Shown one piece after another: positions 39,658 to 49,731 of a stretch of DNA of 64,000 bases. Source of the stretch: a virus; the IMG/VR virus record IMGVR_UViG_3300035113_000077, positions 34,651 to 98,650 of that record, one strand, 5' to 3'. The notes under the pieces are model-generated. The model was not told where the DNA came from. It saw nothing but the letters and a program-made list of their open reading frames with translations, and made no database searches. The stretch's first letter is position 1. Every line of letters starts with the position of its first letter. Both the position numbers and the translations under genes were made by a program.

Positions 39658-40065
39658 TTATTCCTTTACAATTGTTACAGGTATTCCTTTCTTCTGAGCT
39701 TTCTGAATCATATTCTTTGTTCCTTTACTATTTTCAATATCATTATGAAAGGCAAGCACTTCAGTTACTGGCATAAATTTAATCATCCATCCATTGCGAA
39801 TTGGACCAGCAGCTTTCTTATAGAACTCCCAATTTGCTTTACATTGAAAATGTGGAATTCCTAATTCATCAGCAACTACTCCTGCAAGATGATCTGCTCC
39901 CCATGGCTTTAAACGTTTATATTTCGCATCAGGATCATATGGACTAGTATCTTTTGATACTTGGCCTCCTTCTACAATTGCATTTGGCTTTTTCTTTTTC
40001 AACCATTTCTTAATTAGCTTTTTGTTCTTCCAATTGCGATCACCACAACATAAAATTATTTTCAT
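39658..40065 (-). CDS. SLOG-family (YspA/DUF2493-like) protein
   Basis: CCGDRNW, GADHLA, ANW..Y.KAAGPIRN..M, SKGTKNMI. Confidence 0.88.
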   Translation of the reverse strand: MKIILCCGDRNWKNKKLIKKWLKKKKPNAIVEGGQVSKDTSPYDPDAKYKRLKPWGADHLAGVVADELGIPHFQCKANWEFYKKAAGPIRNGWMIKFMPVTEVLAFHNDIENSKGTKNMIQKAQKKGIPVTIVKE

Positions 40066-40165
40066 AAAGAGTTACTTTCTCTAATAGCCCTTATTAAAAG
40101 ACTTATAGCAAGAAATAAAGATAGGCAACTTGAGAAAATAGTAATGTATAAACAAATAATTACTA

Positions 40166-41102
40166 TCATTTCTTTATCTCACAATTCAAGTCAAATTCAA
40201 TTATTCCATCTACTACTTTTACTTTGTATTCGCCAGCAAGATTTTCTTGTACCTCTCCTGGAAAACCCATTGCAGTTAAAGTTCCCATAAGGCTAATCAA
40301 TGGAGATGCAGCACCACCATTGCTAGCATAAGCAACTAAAGGACTACCATATTTTTCCATTAATTTTAAAGCTTCAGTAGGATTTTTAGCTTGATCAGAA
40401 ATAATTTTCCAATTAGCTAATTGAATTTTGCTCCCCTTAAAACTTACAGTAAACTTATCGCCTACTTTTGCTAGATTTGCTGCGAGTCTTGCTGTGCCAT
40501 CTTTTAATATCCTTACTGTGTCTATGCTCTTTGGTTGTCCTGCCCTTTTTCTTTTCATATCTTTTTAACCTAGCTCCCTGTTGATCATTGATGGCCACCA
40601 AAGTTTCATTTTTGTACTGCAATTTATCTAGCTTTTGTTCCAACTTACGAATGTAATCCAATGTTGGTTTCTTTGATTGCCTTGCCGATAATCCACTAAG
40701 ATCTAATCTGAGCCACGCATCATCTGGATTATTTAATTTTCTTTCACTCACTGGAGTTTCTGTACTTATCCTATGAGGACTAAGCTGACGCTTAATGAAT
40801 AGGGCAATTTCAATTCCTCTGTACTTCAGAATTCCAACTCTACCATGAAGATCTATTTCACAATAACTCCAAGATGTAGCATACTTATAGTTTTTCTCAG
40901 CTTCTAATTCTTTTTTCAGAAAATGTTTTGCTCTATCACCAGTTGTTATTTCTTTTTTAATAATTGTCTTTAGTGCTGTTTCTAAACTATCTTTATCCAT
41001 TTCCAATATCGTTAGAGAATCATATCTAGCATTCTCTTGAAATACACCTCTACGATATGGAATGAGATTATGTGCACTTGCTGCTATTACTGCTTTGCTC
41101 AT
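40166..41102 (-). CDS. two hypothetical genes (40166-40558, 40455-41102)
   Basis: Overlapping minus-strand ORFs. Confidence 0.5.
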
Positions 41103-41423
41103 ACTAAATATCCTTTTGCTAGTTCATATGCATCTTTAGCTTTAGCTACAGCTTGCTCCATTGTCAAATCCATCCCCTCTTTGGATCTGTAAATAAGTAC
41201 AGCTAATTGTGCAATAGCACTTTTATCTTGTTCACTCATTTACTTTACTCCTAATAGAACTAAAAATCTTTGTAATAGAGAATGAGATTCCCAATGGTCA
41301 ACTATTGTAACAAAGATACTTGATCCACATAGTTTGCATCTAGGTTTTCCAGGTATGGAACAATCGAATCTTTTCTCTATCCACTTCATTGAAAACTTAT
41401 TCATATTTGCCTTCTTAAAATTG

Positions 41424-41497
41424 TGGGCTCAGCAAGACTCGAACTTGCAACCTATGGATTAGAAATCCATTGCTCTATCCATTTGAGCTATGAGCCC
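41424..41497 (-). tRNA. tRNA-Arg(UCU), no encoded CCA
   Basis: GGGCTCA/TGAGCCC acceptor, TAGCTCAAATGGATAGAGC D arm, ATGGA-TTTCTAA-TCCAT anticodon arm, GCAAG-TTCGAGT-CTTGC T arm. Confidence 0.95.
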
Positions 41498-41506
41498 ATG
41501 CCACAA

Positions 41507-42529
41507 TTATTTCAATAGCCAGCCAGAAGATGATGCTTTGAATGACAATCCATTCTTCTCAGCAAAAGCTTTCACTGCCTTCTGCTTAGCTACAATCATT
41601 TTTGCAGGAAATTCTTTCTTGCGACCTTTTACTTTCTGAATTTCTTTGCATAGCTTATCAATTGAAACTTTCTTTCCCTTGTTCTTCAAAAGATAGCGCA
41701 GTGCAATTGACTTAGCATTCTTCTTTCCACGAACAACAACTTCACCTTTCTTCTTTTCAGACTTCGATCCTTTCTTAGATGATTTCTTCTTTTTATCATT
41801 GCTGGAGCTTGCAGCAGAAGATGCAGCACTGCTGCTCGCGGCTGAACTTGCACTTGAACTATCCTTCTTTTTCTTCTTATCTTTTTTGCTACTCATTAAA
41901 TTATTCTCCTCATCTATATTTTCTAATCGTTTAAGGTCAACGATTAACCTTTTGATGTAACCAGTACTCCGTACTTTTTCTTGCCAAGCTTTAAGTCCCT
42001 CACCAATTTGTTTTTCAACAATCTTATATTTTGGAACTTGATCTAATGGAATATCTTTTAAGTCAGCAATTGCTTCACGAATACTTTGTTGAAGTTTCTT
42101 CGTTAGTTTTTCTCGCTGAGCAAAGTCTTTCAGTTTGTTTGACATTGTTTCAGCAACACTAAATCTATTGCAGAATAACCCATATCTATTCTTTGCACAA
42201 GGATCATGAATTGCTGCTACGTTTGGCCACCAAACATCAGTAACACCCTTATCAAATGCTCGTCGACTAACTTTATAAATTTTTAATAAAGTAGGATGAA
42301 GTAAAATTACTTCACTATCATAGTCGATTACATAATAAAGAGCGTTTCCATGAACTGGTGGAGCAGCAACTCCTTTTCTCTTTTTACCTCCTAAATTGAT
42401 TAGAGTCAAACTAACTAATTTATATGACAGTGGTAATTCATCGAAGTCATTGTCGTGTTCTTTACGTCTCAACCGATGAAGTGTTTTCTTTAATCGGTTA
42501 CGAAACTTCTTATCCCACGACTGTTTCAT
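41507..42529 (-). CDS. basic protein; internal start at 41896 gives a Lys/Ser-rich wHTH-like protein
   Basis: GAGGAG before MSSKK; C-terminus LLKNKGKKVSI is paralogous to 53218..53682. Confidence 0.6.
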   Translation of the reverse strand: MKQSWDKKFRNRLKKTLHRLRRKEHDNDFDELPLSYKLVSLTLINLGGKKRKGVAAPPVHGNALYYVIDYDSEVILLHPTLLKIYKVSRRAFDKGVTDVWWPNVAAIHDPCAKNRYGLFCNRFSVAETMSNKLKDFAQREKLTKKLQQSIREAIADLKDIPLDQVPKYKIVEKQIGEGLKAWQEKVRSTGYIKRLIVDLKRLENIDEENNLMSSKKDKKKKKDSSSASSAASSSAASSAASSSNDKKKKSSKKGSKSEKKKGEVVVRGKKNAKSIALRYLLKNKGKKVSIDKLCKEIQKVKGRKKEFPAKMIVAKQKAVKAFAEKNGLSFKASSSGWLLK

Positions 42530-42691
42530 TTAGTTTTCATCAACTTTCTCTAGTATAATGTTACAATCAGGACATTTATCTTTTAGGTTGCAATCATCAT
42601 GAGCAAATGGCCCAGCCTGTGATGGTTCCCAACTATGAACAAATACTAAATGGTTAAATATACGAAATCGAATTTCAATCTCGTCCATTTT

Positions 42692-43248
42692 TTATGCAAC
42701 CTTCTTTGTTCCTTTTGTAGTTGTCTTCTTTGCATACTTTTTGTTTAGCCCAGTAAGAGTGCTTACCACCCAATTGATGCTTGTCTTTTTAGTATTAGCT
42801 TTTTCAACAAATACTGGTTCACTCATTAATTCCAATCGCTTAAGGGCTTTGTTGAATTTAACAAAAAGCTTTGCTACTTTCTTACCAAGCTTAACTGATT
42901 TCTTTGCTGCCTTCAACTGTTTACGAATTTCTCTCTTATCTTCCTTCTTCAATTGTTTCGCTACTTTATTTTTCACTTTTATTGCTCCTTTTAGTTTATG
43001 TTGTTATCGTTAAATAAAGACTTAATTGCCATAACTATTTCTTTGACTCTTTCAGGTGGCCCACTTGTAAACAATTCAAAGTTAACAACTTTCTCTTTTC
43101 CTTCTTCCAAAGTAGTTATGCAAATAAGTCTCCCTCTAAGTTCCTTCGAAGCTTTCATCATAGATCGTGTTGAGTCATGATCTAAATGCTTAGCACCAAC
43201 ATCTTCCAGATTATAGCTAACTTCCTGCACTTCCAAGTTTGGTCTCAT
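42692..43248 (-). CDS. Lys-rich histone-like protein (42692-42976) and hypothetical protein (42991-43248)
   Basis: Composition and operon packing. Confidence 0.5.
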
Positions 43249-44180
43249 TCGATTACTCCTAAGAATCTAGATGCACGTCGGACACTTGCCATCAGTTGAG
43301 ATGCATATATTTGCGATGGCTCAATCTGAATTGGAACTGTATTGTTTGCTCCCCAAGGGAATATAAAATGCCATCCAAGACATTGGGGATAAAATAAAAT
43401 ATGCTTTGCATCTTGGCTTGCCGCAAGATGGCCCATTCCATTATCAACTGTAATAACTAATTTGGAATTTTTCATTAGAACAGCCAAGTAGTCTAATCTA
43501 ACTCCTGTCATTACTTCTTCTTCGCTTAGCTGCCAACTTTCATCTGGTTTATCATCTGGAGCACCAAGCATTCTTACTAGACCTAGCGTTCGCATAAATT
43601 GAATCAATGGAATCCAATGGCCAGGTTGAAGCATTTTGTTTGGAACGTCACCTTTTCTGCTTGCGCAGCTTGCAGAGAATGGGCTAAATAAAACAAAACG
43701 TTCATCCACTTCAACATCATCTTTCAAGTGAGCTAATGTCACCCAAGGGTCATAATAAGGCTTCCATGCTTTGAATGTTCCAATTGAGTTCGTCAGTGTT
43801 CCAACTTTTGGTGACTCAATTCCAAGTTGATCGCAGAAGCCTTCTATGATATGGCACTGATGGTCGTCAGCATACTTGCCAGCGTCACCTGCGCCAAGAA
43901 CAAATATTTTATCATAAAAAGAATCTACTAAATCAATATACCGATGATCTTTTGGTAAACTCTCTTTTGTAAATATTTGTCTATCATTATCCATACTATA
44001 AAAAATGTTTGTCCACTCAACACCTATTCCTTTATAGAGTCTTGTCACATGATCTTGCTGAGTTAGCAAATCAACTTCATCATATTCTGATCGATGAAGT
44101 CTAAACCATTCACGAATGGCAACACCAGCACATAAAGCATCTCCAATCAAATTATGAGAAATTATAAATACTCTTTTCAT
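43245..44180 (-). CDS. GT9 (ADP-heptose:LPS heptosyltransferase-like) glycosyltransferase
   Basis: HNLIGDAL, FSPFSAS..NK...W, VITVDNGMGHLAA. Confidence 0.8.
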   Translation of the reverse strand: MKRVFIISHNLIGDALCAGVAIREWFRLHRSEYDEVDLLTQQDHVTRLYKGIGVEWTNIFYSMDNDRQIFTKESLPKDHRYIDLVDSFYDKIFVLGAGDAGKYADDHQCHIIEGFCDQLGIESPKVGTLTNSIGTFKAWKPYYDPWVTLAHLKDDVEVDERFVLFSPFSASCASRKGDVPNKMLQPGHWIPLIQFMRTLGLVRMLGAPDDKPDESWQLSEEEVMTGVRLDYLAVLMKNSKLVITVDNGMGHLAASQDAKHILFYPQCLGWHFIFPWGANNTVPIQIEPSQIYASQLMASVRRASRFLGVIE

Positions 44181-45073
44181 TTCCTTCTGCTCCTACGTTT
44201 TGTTTTAATGAGTCGTCTTGATAGCTTTGGATTGCGTTGACAATAGTTAATCAAGTTTTGAAGCATTTGAAAAATAGAATCACGATCTTTCTTCAGATCA
44301 ACAATCCATTTTCCTTTTTCTTCTTCGTTTGGCTTGTGTGCACATATTCTAGCAAGTAAATCTATCTCTGATAGTACAATTGGAAAGAATCCATCCTTTT
44401 TAAGAGTGGCTAACATTTGTTGAGCATATTCCTTAGAGTACATAATAGTACGAAAGTCAATAGATGCTGAGCGTGGCTTTTCACTCAAATCCCCCACTTT
44501 AAATTGTACAGAATCTCCCCGGGCATTTCTTGGTTGCAGAGCTTCTTCCAGAAAGCCAATCACTATTTTGAATTTTGATTCCAGCCTTAGTGATCGCTTC
44601 TCCAGTCTTGTTTGTATCTTTTTAAGTTTAGCATAAACACTAGCTAAAGTCTTTGTTCGAATGATTCCAACTAGAGCTTGTTCAAATTTTTCAATCAGCC
44701 TCCTAAGAATGTCTTCACGTTTACTAAGGTTGTTTGCATTAATTGACATTATTCGAAGGTCTTCAATTGAGTCAAGAATTTTAGCCTTTTTTGTTATTTG
44801 AAGTTTAAGATTTTTTCTCTCGTCATCCTTGATATAGTCTAGAGCAGCATCGTACCAATGAACTGCCGCAATCAACTGGTTCACTCTAGCTTCAGGAATA
44901 GCTGATAGTAAAAGTTTGTATATAGCTTTCAACTGTTTTCGATCTGGTCTTGGTTTACGTTTTCTTTTGCTACCTACAAACTGATTTAATTGAGTTGGCT
45001 TTGGTTTTCTCTTTCGTTTTGACTTTTCAGTCTTTTTTGTCATTGAAGTAGCGACCTCGCTCAAAATTCCCAA
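44177..45073 (-). CDS. basic coiled-coil hypothetical protein
   Basis: 298-aa ORF. Confidence 0.55.
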   Translation of the reverse strand: MGILSEVATSMTKKTEKSKRKRKPKPTQLNQFVGSKRKRKPRPDRKQLKAIYKLLLSAIPEARVNQLIAAVHWYDAALDYIKDDERKNLKLQITKKAKILDSIEDLRIMSINANNLSKREDILRRLIEKFEQALVGIIRTKTLASVYAKLKKIQTRLEKRSLRLESKFKIVIGFLEEALQPRNARGDSVQFKVGDLSEKPRSASIDFRTIMYSKEYAQQMLATLKKDGFFPIVLSEIDLLARICAHKPNEEEKGKWIVDLKKDRDSIFQMLQNLINYCQRNPKLSRRLIKTKRRSRRK

Positions 45074-45245
45074 TACTTTATAAAAACTATTAACTTATCT
45101 GTTAGTTTTTCACACCCTTCTTTGGTTGTGCTATTAACAACAATAGCAGCATAAGTGCTACTCACAGGCAAGTCTTTGTTATAGATAGTTGAAAAATATG
45201 TTCCATCAGATCTTGGCACATTTACACATCCCAATTCAAACATTT

Positions 45246-46547
45246 TTATCTCTCCATTTTGTCTTCTCTTATCTTCAAAAAGACCCCATTACGAACTGCC
45301 GGAAGTTTATCGCCTTTGTGCAGTCGAAGCGAATCAGTCAAACCATAGTGCTCAATTTCAACTACTAATCGCTTCAGTTCTTTTTCTGGCATCTCCCAAA
45401 ATTCAGTTCTATTTTCATCGCTTAACCCCTGACCCACTTCAGAGCGAAATTTCTTTCCATCAATTCTTCCTTCGACGATCAAAGCTCCTAGCTTACCTTT
45501 GTTTTTATGTTTGCCTTCGACTCTTCCAATCACTTTGCAATCAACATTGTCTTTGAATTTGTACTTAAGCCAGTTGCTGCTTCGTTTGAAGTCATAAGTT
45601 CCTTCAATTGGCTTTATAATTATTCCTTCTCCACCTTTCTCAATATACCTTTTGGCAATTTTCTTTATTTCTTTTACCGAGAATGTTCCAACTTCTGCCT
45701 TTGAAATTGAAACGTGTGGAGTTCCCAGAACTGCATGCTTCAAACACGATCTACGTTCCTCCCAAGGTTGTTTGCACTTTCTCTTTTCCCAATCTGTTAA
45801 GTTAAGAATATCAAATGCAACAAAATGCAATCCTTTTACTTTTTTGTTCTTGCTATGAGCACCAGAAACACTTGATCCCCATGACTTGTCTTCGCCTCTT
45901 AATTCTCCATCAACTATCCAACCAGTTCCATGTAGCCTTTTTAACTCTTCAAAAATTATCTCTGTGTTATAGATTGGTCTACCATTTCTAGAAACTGATG
46001 TTGGTTCGCCTTTCTTTGGGAAGATCAAATGACATCTAAGACCATCTAGCTTTTCCTCTATGGCAATTTCTTCTTCAATTTCTTCTTCACCCCATGTCTC
46101 AGCTAGCATAGGATAACACTTGGGAACAAATTCACCAAGATGTTTCTCGAATGACTTCAGTTGCATTCCAATTTTTATATCACGATTAAGAATTTGAATA
46201 AACCAATCAACAATATTGCAGGGTATATGCCCAACCATTGCTTCTACGTAGTCTCGTGCTTTGTCTCCAGTTATTTCTCTATTGCGAAGTTTATCCAACA
46301 TTTCTTTCCAACGAGACCAATGTTTGTCGTGAGGAGTATGACTTGGACGATATGCACCTTCTCCATCTTTCCACCTCACCCAGTAGTTCCAATACGGGTG
46401 GAAAGTGTACGTTAGCATTTCAGTTAGAAGAGCTTTTGTCTTTTCATCTTTAATCAACCTCTTCATTATTTTGTCTTTCTCTAATCTGCTATTTGTTTCT
46501 TTAATTAGAGTAAACGCATTCAAGATTAGTTCAAGTCGTGATCTCAT
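45246..46547 (-). CDS. ATP-dependent DNA ligase (T4-like)
   Basis: PMLA, EEKLDGLR, SRNG, DGEL, FDIL, EGIIIK, WLKYK, OB fold. Confidence 0.95.
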   Translation of the reverse strand: MRSRLELILNAFTLIKETNSRLEKDKIMKRLIKDEKTKALLTEMLTYTFHPYWNYWVRWKDGEGAYRPSHTPHDKHWSRWKEMLDKLRNREITGDKARDYVEAMVGHIPCNIVDWFIQILNRDIKIGMQLKSFEKHLGEFVPKCYPMLAETWGEEEIEEEIAIEEKLDGLRCHLIFPKKGEPTSVSRNGRPIYNTEIIFEELKRLHGTGWIVDGELRGEDKSWGSSVSGAHSKNKKVKGLHFVAFDILNLTDWEKRKCKQPWEERRSCLKHAVLGTPHVSISKAEVGTFSVKEIKKIAKRYIEKGGEGIIIKPIEGTYDFKRSSNWLKYKFKDNVDCKVIGRVEGKHKNKGKLGALIVEGRIDGKKFRSEVGQGLSDENRTEFWEMPEKELKRLVVEIEHYGLTDSLRLHKGDKLPAVRNGVFLKIREDKMER

Positions 46548-47334
46548 TTTGACTTCCTTAATTCTTCAATTAAAGCATCTTTAACACTTTCAAACGTTGA
46601 TCCAGTTGCAAGTAAAACATTATTAAATCTTAAGCGCCACCTGCTCATTTTGCCTACAGCTCCTTTATTAGTTTTATAAGCAGCATAAATGTTAAACTTT
46701 AGTGTTGGCTTTTGTCTAGAAAGTCTATTTGGACGAGATTCACCAATTCCTTTCCCTTCATAATACATCTTTAAGTCCTTTCTGCGTTGTCTGTATGCGC
46801 AGCCCACACTAGAGTTATTTCTTTTCGTGGAAAGTTACTTGGATTTCGATGCTCTTCACTCGATCAGGTTTCACTCCAGCTTTCTCCATTGCTTTGTGCA
46901 TCAGATACACTGAAGTTAGCAAAACACTCTTGTCATCTTTGTCTGCATTTGCACGAAGTGAATGTTTCTTTTCATCAAAATCAGTCATTGTTTGTTTGAT
47001 TACTTTAGCCATTGTTTCTCCTTTATGTTTCCAACTGAGTTAAGAAATTATCAAATTCAGGAAAGTCTGCACGATGCTTCAATCGAAATTTAATTCTCTT
47101 CTTCAGCCACAATGGCAATGAAGAGAATGATCGAAGCGATTCGAATGTCTTCATTTCACCATTAACTTCCTCTTGTGATTTAGAGAAAATCAATTGTTCG
47201 ATTAAATTTTTAGGAACATCGAGTAGTTCGAATAAACCAACTCTTGTTCCTTCAATTTTTATTCCAAGTACTTGTTTTGTTAATGGCCCACTACGTTCTG
47301 CCCAAGTTTCTTTTTCTAGAAAATTAATATTCAT
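46544..47334 (-). CDS. three small hypothetical genes (46544-46807, 46815-47012, 47023-47334)
   Basis: AGGAG RBSs; operon packing. Confidence 0.5.
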
Positions 47335-47343
47335 TTTTCTCCT

Positions 47344-48054
47344 TTATTTAGATAGTTTTTTCCAATGCTTCACAACATTTGGGTGAGCGGCTTCTTTGTC
47401 GGCCAGTTGCTTCTCGGCCTGTTCCTTCAGCCATGGCTTCCATTCCTCCATCGCTTCTGCCAACTTACCCGGTAGATCGTATTGCGGGTAAAGAGCATCT
47501 TCCGCTTTGATTAGGATGAATGGGCCTTTTATGCCGCGAGTTCTGCGGATGAAATCGAGATCGGCGCATGAGGCTTGGATTACGGTCACGCCTAATTGGT
47601 GCGAGACGTAATTGAATGCTGCCGCTGCCGCAAGGCTGAGAGCATAGACGCAGGTTCCATAATCGTGCTGCCGGTCAACAAGCGAGGCGATGTATTCCGT
47701 TAACTGTGCCTGAGTATAGGGCCACGGCTCTTTCGTCTCTCGCATCTCCGCTTCCGTTTGCGCGGCTTCCTTCATAGAAGCAGATATCTTGCGCTGGTAC
47801 TCTTCGGCCTCTTTCTGTCGCGCCTCTTTGTATTCCGGAGAATTGCGGTAGGCTTCGGCAGCGGTTTCAAAATCGACAGACCATTTCTTCTCAAGTTGCT
47901 CTGGCGAATCTCCGGGCTGCGCTATTACTTCTGTGCCATTGAACTCAAAGCGGACTGAATCCCGCTCTGCATTGGCGCGGTCAACTGCTTCTTTGCAAGC
48001 AGCCGAAATGTGCATTCCTACGAAATTTTCTAGTGTAATCATTTTAATCTCCAC
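47344..48054 (-). CDS. hypothetical protein in a GC-rich patch
   Basis: 236-aa ORF with HDYGTCVYA motif; many G/C-ending codons. Confidence 0.65.
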   Translation of the reverse strand: MEIKMITLENFVGMHISAACKEAVDRANAERDSVRFEFNGTEVIAQPGDSPEQLEKKWSVDFETAAEAYRNSPEYKEARQKEAEEYQRKISASMKEAAQTEAEMRETKEPWPYTQAQLTEYIASLVDRQHDYGTCVYALSLAAAAAFNYVSHQLGVTVIQASCADLDFIRRTRGIKGPFILIKAEDALYPQYDLPGKLAEAMEEWKPWLKEQAEKQLADKEAAHPNVVKHWKKLSK

Positions 48055-48267
48055 TTTGCCGATTCAAATCCATTCATACTCATCACCGAATTACGATGAG
48101 CAATCAAATGCTGTACAACTGAAGTTGCTTCAGCATATGTTTTTACTATTCGATAGTAACCATCTTTGTCTTCAATTCTTATTCCACCAACAATCTTAGT
48201 TACTATTGGTTGACGATTACTCTTTGTGGCTGCCAACTTTTGAGAGCCAGCAGCCACAGCAGAGTTA

Positions 48268-49686
48268 TTAGTTGATTGAGTCGCTACGAAAGGTCGAAGC
48301 ACTAGGGTGACCTCCACGATCACCCTTTTCTTGGTTTCCACGAGCAGTAATTGATTCAAGCAGAGTGCGAACATCTTCAATTGATGTCCACGGAGCATGC
48401 AGCCTACGAAGCTCAGGACGAGTTGCACTAGTATAGAGCATATCACCACGAGTCATCAAGTGCTGAGCACCAGTCGTTCCAAGAATCGTCGAACTATCAC
48501 GATGGCTTGGGAGCCTGAATGACAAACGAGCTGGGAAGTTGGCTTTGATTGCGCCAATTACTGTTTTAACATCTGGTCTCTGCGTTGCTGCAATCACATA
48601 GATTCCAGCTGCACGAGAGCGAGCAGTAATTACTTTCAGTTTATCTGCATTGGCTTTTGCTTCACTACGACTCTGCTCCATGCCAAGGATATCAGCCAGT
48701 TCATCAATTACAATTACTATCAAAGGTAGCCTTGCATGTTCAGGAACCTTTGCATTGTACTGATGAATGTTCTGCACATCTTGTTCGCCAAGCTTATCGT
48801 AGCGAATTTGAGTTTGCTTTACACAATAGTCAAGAGCAGCCATTGTCGAATAAACATCACTGCAATAACCACCATGAACCAATCGTGGGTCACTTATAAG
48901 GTGAGGTACATCACGGAATGCTTTGAACTCCACACCTTTTGTATCACTGATAATCAACTGCAACTCTTTTGGAGTCATTGCAAAAAGCATCGAGAGAACA
49001 ATTGCTCGAATGCCAGTTGACTTTCCAGAGCCAGTCGTTCCAGCCATAAGCAAATGTGGCTGCATGGTTAGATCATCAACGTAGGGCTTTCCAGCAACAT
49101 CCATGCCAAAGTTCAAAGGAATTGGCTTGTGCCCATCTTCAGTTTCGATCTGCATGAATTCAATGATATGCTCAAGAGTATCTTTCAGTTCGATACGTTG
49201 CTTCTTCTCGTTGGCTACAAAAACACCAACAGCAGAATCACCAGGCATCATCTTCACGAGAACTGATTCACGGCCAAGAGCTACTGCAAAGTCGCCACCA
49301 AGTTGTTCAAGTTGCTTCACTTTGGTGCGACGACCTGGCTTAAAGCGATAGGTGGTTACGTAAGGCCCAACAGTTACTGGCCCAACAAAATCCATCGAAC
49401 GCCCAAGAGCAAGAGTCTTATCCAGAACAGTTTCGATTACTTGCTTTTGTTCTGGAGAACATTTTGTCATTGGATTCTTTGCTTCAGCTTTCTTCTTCTC
49501 TACTTTCGGATCTTCCATGACAAACTTTTTTCTCGGTGAAGCCGCCAACTTCACACGTTCCTGGTGTGGCTCAGTGCGATAGTCACCTTTCTTTGAGCCT
49601 TTGGTAAATTTGCATTTCTTGTTTGTCCACGCACCACACTTTGGGCAAATAACATCTTTCCAAGTTTGCTTACTATGCTTTGACAT
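48268..49686 (-). CDS. FtsK/SpoIIIE-like ATPase with N-terminal Zn finger; no TM or gamma domain
   Basis: GPYVTTY alpha domain, PHLLMAGTTGSGKS, DTKGVEF, VIDELAD, RAAGIYVIAATQRP, IKANFPARLSF, DSSTILG..GAQHL..RGDML; N-terminal CPKC-x7-C...PHQER. Confidence 0.92.
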   Translation of the reverse strand: MSKHSKQTWKDVICPKCGAWTNKKCKFTKGSKKGDYRTEPHQERVKLAASPRKKFVMEDPKVEKKKAEAKNPMTKCSPEQKQVIETVLDKTLALGRSMDFVGPVTVGPYVTTYRFKPGRRTKVKQLEQLGGDFAVALGRESVLVKMMPGDSAVGVFVANEKKQRIELKDTLEHIIEFMQIETEDGHKPIPLNFGMDVAGKPYVDDLTMQPHLLMAGTTGSGKSTGIRAIVLSMLFAMTPKELQLIISDTKGVEFKAFRDVPHLISDPRLVHGGYCSDVYSTMAALDYCVKQTQIRYDKLGEQDVQNIHQYNAKVPEHARLPLIVIVIDELADILGMEQSRSEAKANADKLKVITARSRAAGIYVIAATQRPDVKTVIGAIKANFPARLSFRLPSHRDSSTILGTTGAQHLMTRGDMLYTSATRPELRRLHAPWTSIEDVRTLLESITARGNQEKGDRGGHPSASTFRSDSIN

Positions 49687-49693
49687 TTTGTTT

Positions 49694-49709
49694 CTCCTCA
49701 AGATTAGTT
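49694..49709 (-). promoter_or_regulatory. conserved leader AACTAATCTTGAGG(A/T)G fused to the RBS (also 51068-51083, 53680-53695; variant 52795-52811)
   Basis: Repeated sequence directly before the starts of four early genes. Confidence 0.7.
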
Positions 49710-49731
49710 TTTGGTTTTTTGTTTAACAGCT

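Noticed and set aside
41455-41470. Amber-suppressor tRNA (CTA) and stop-codon recoding
   Set aside because: The 5-bp stem centres the 7-nt loop on TCT (Arg). Genes are intact in the standard code and TAG is used as a stop.
48268-49686. FtsK as the genome-packaging ATPase, or a host chromosomal ftsK
   Set aside because: TerL and portal are present; the protein lacks TM and gamma domains and sits among phage early genes
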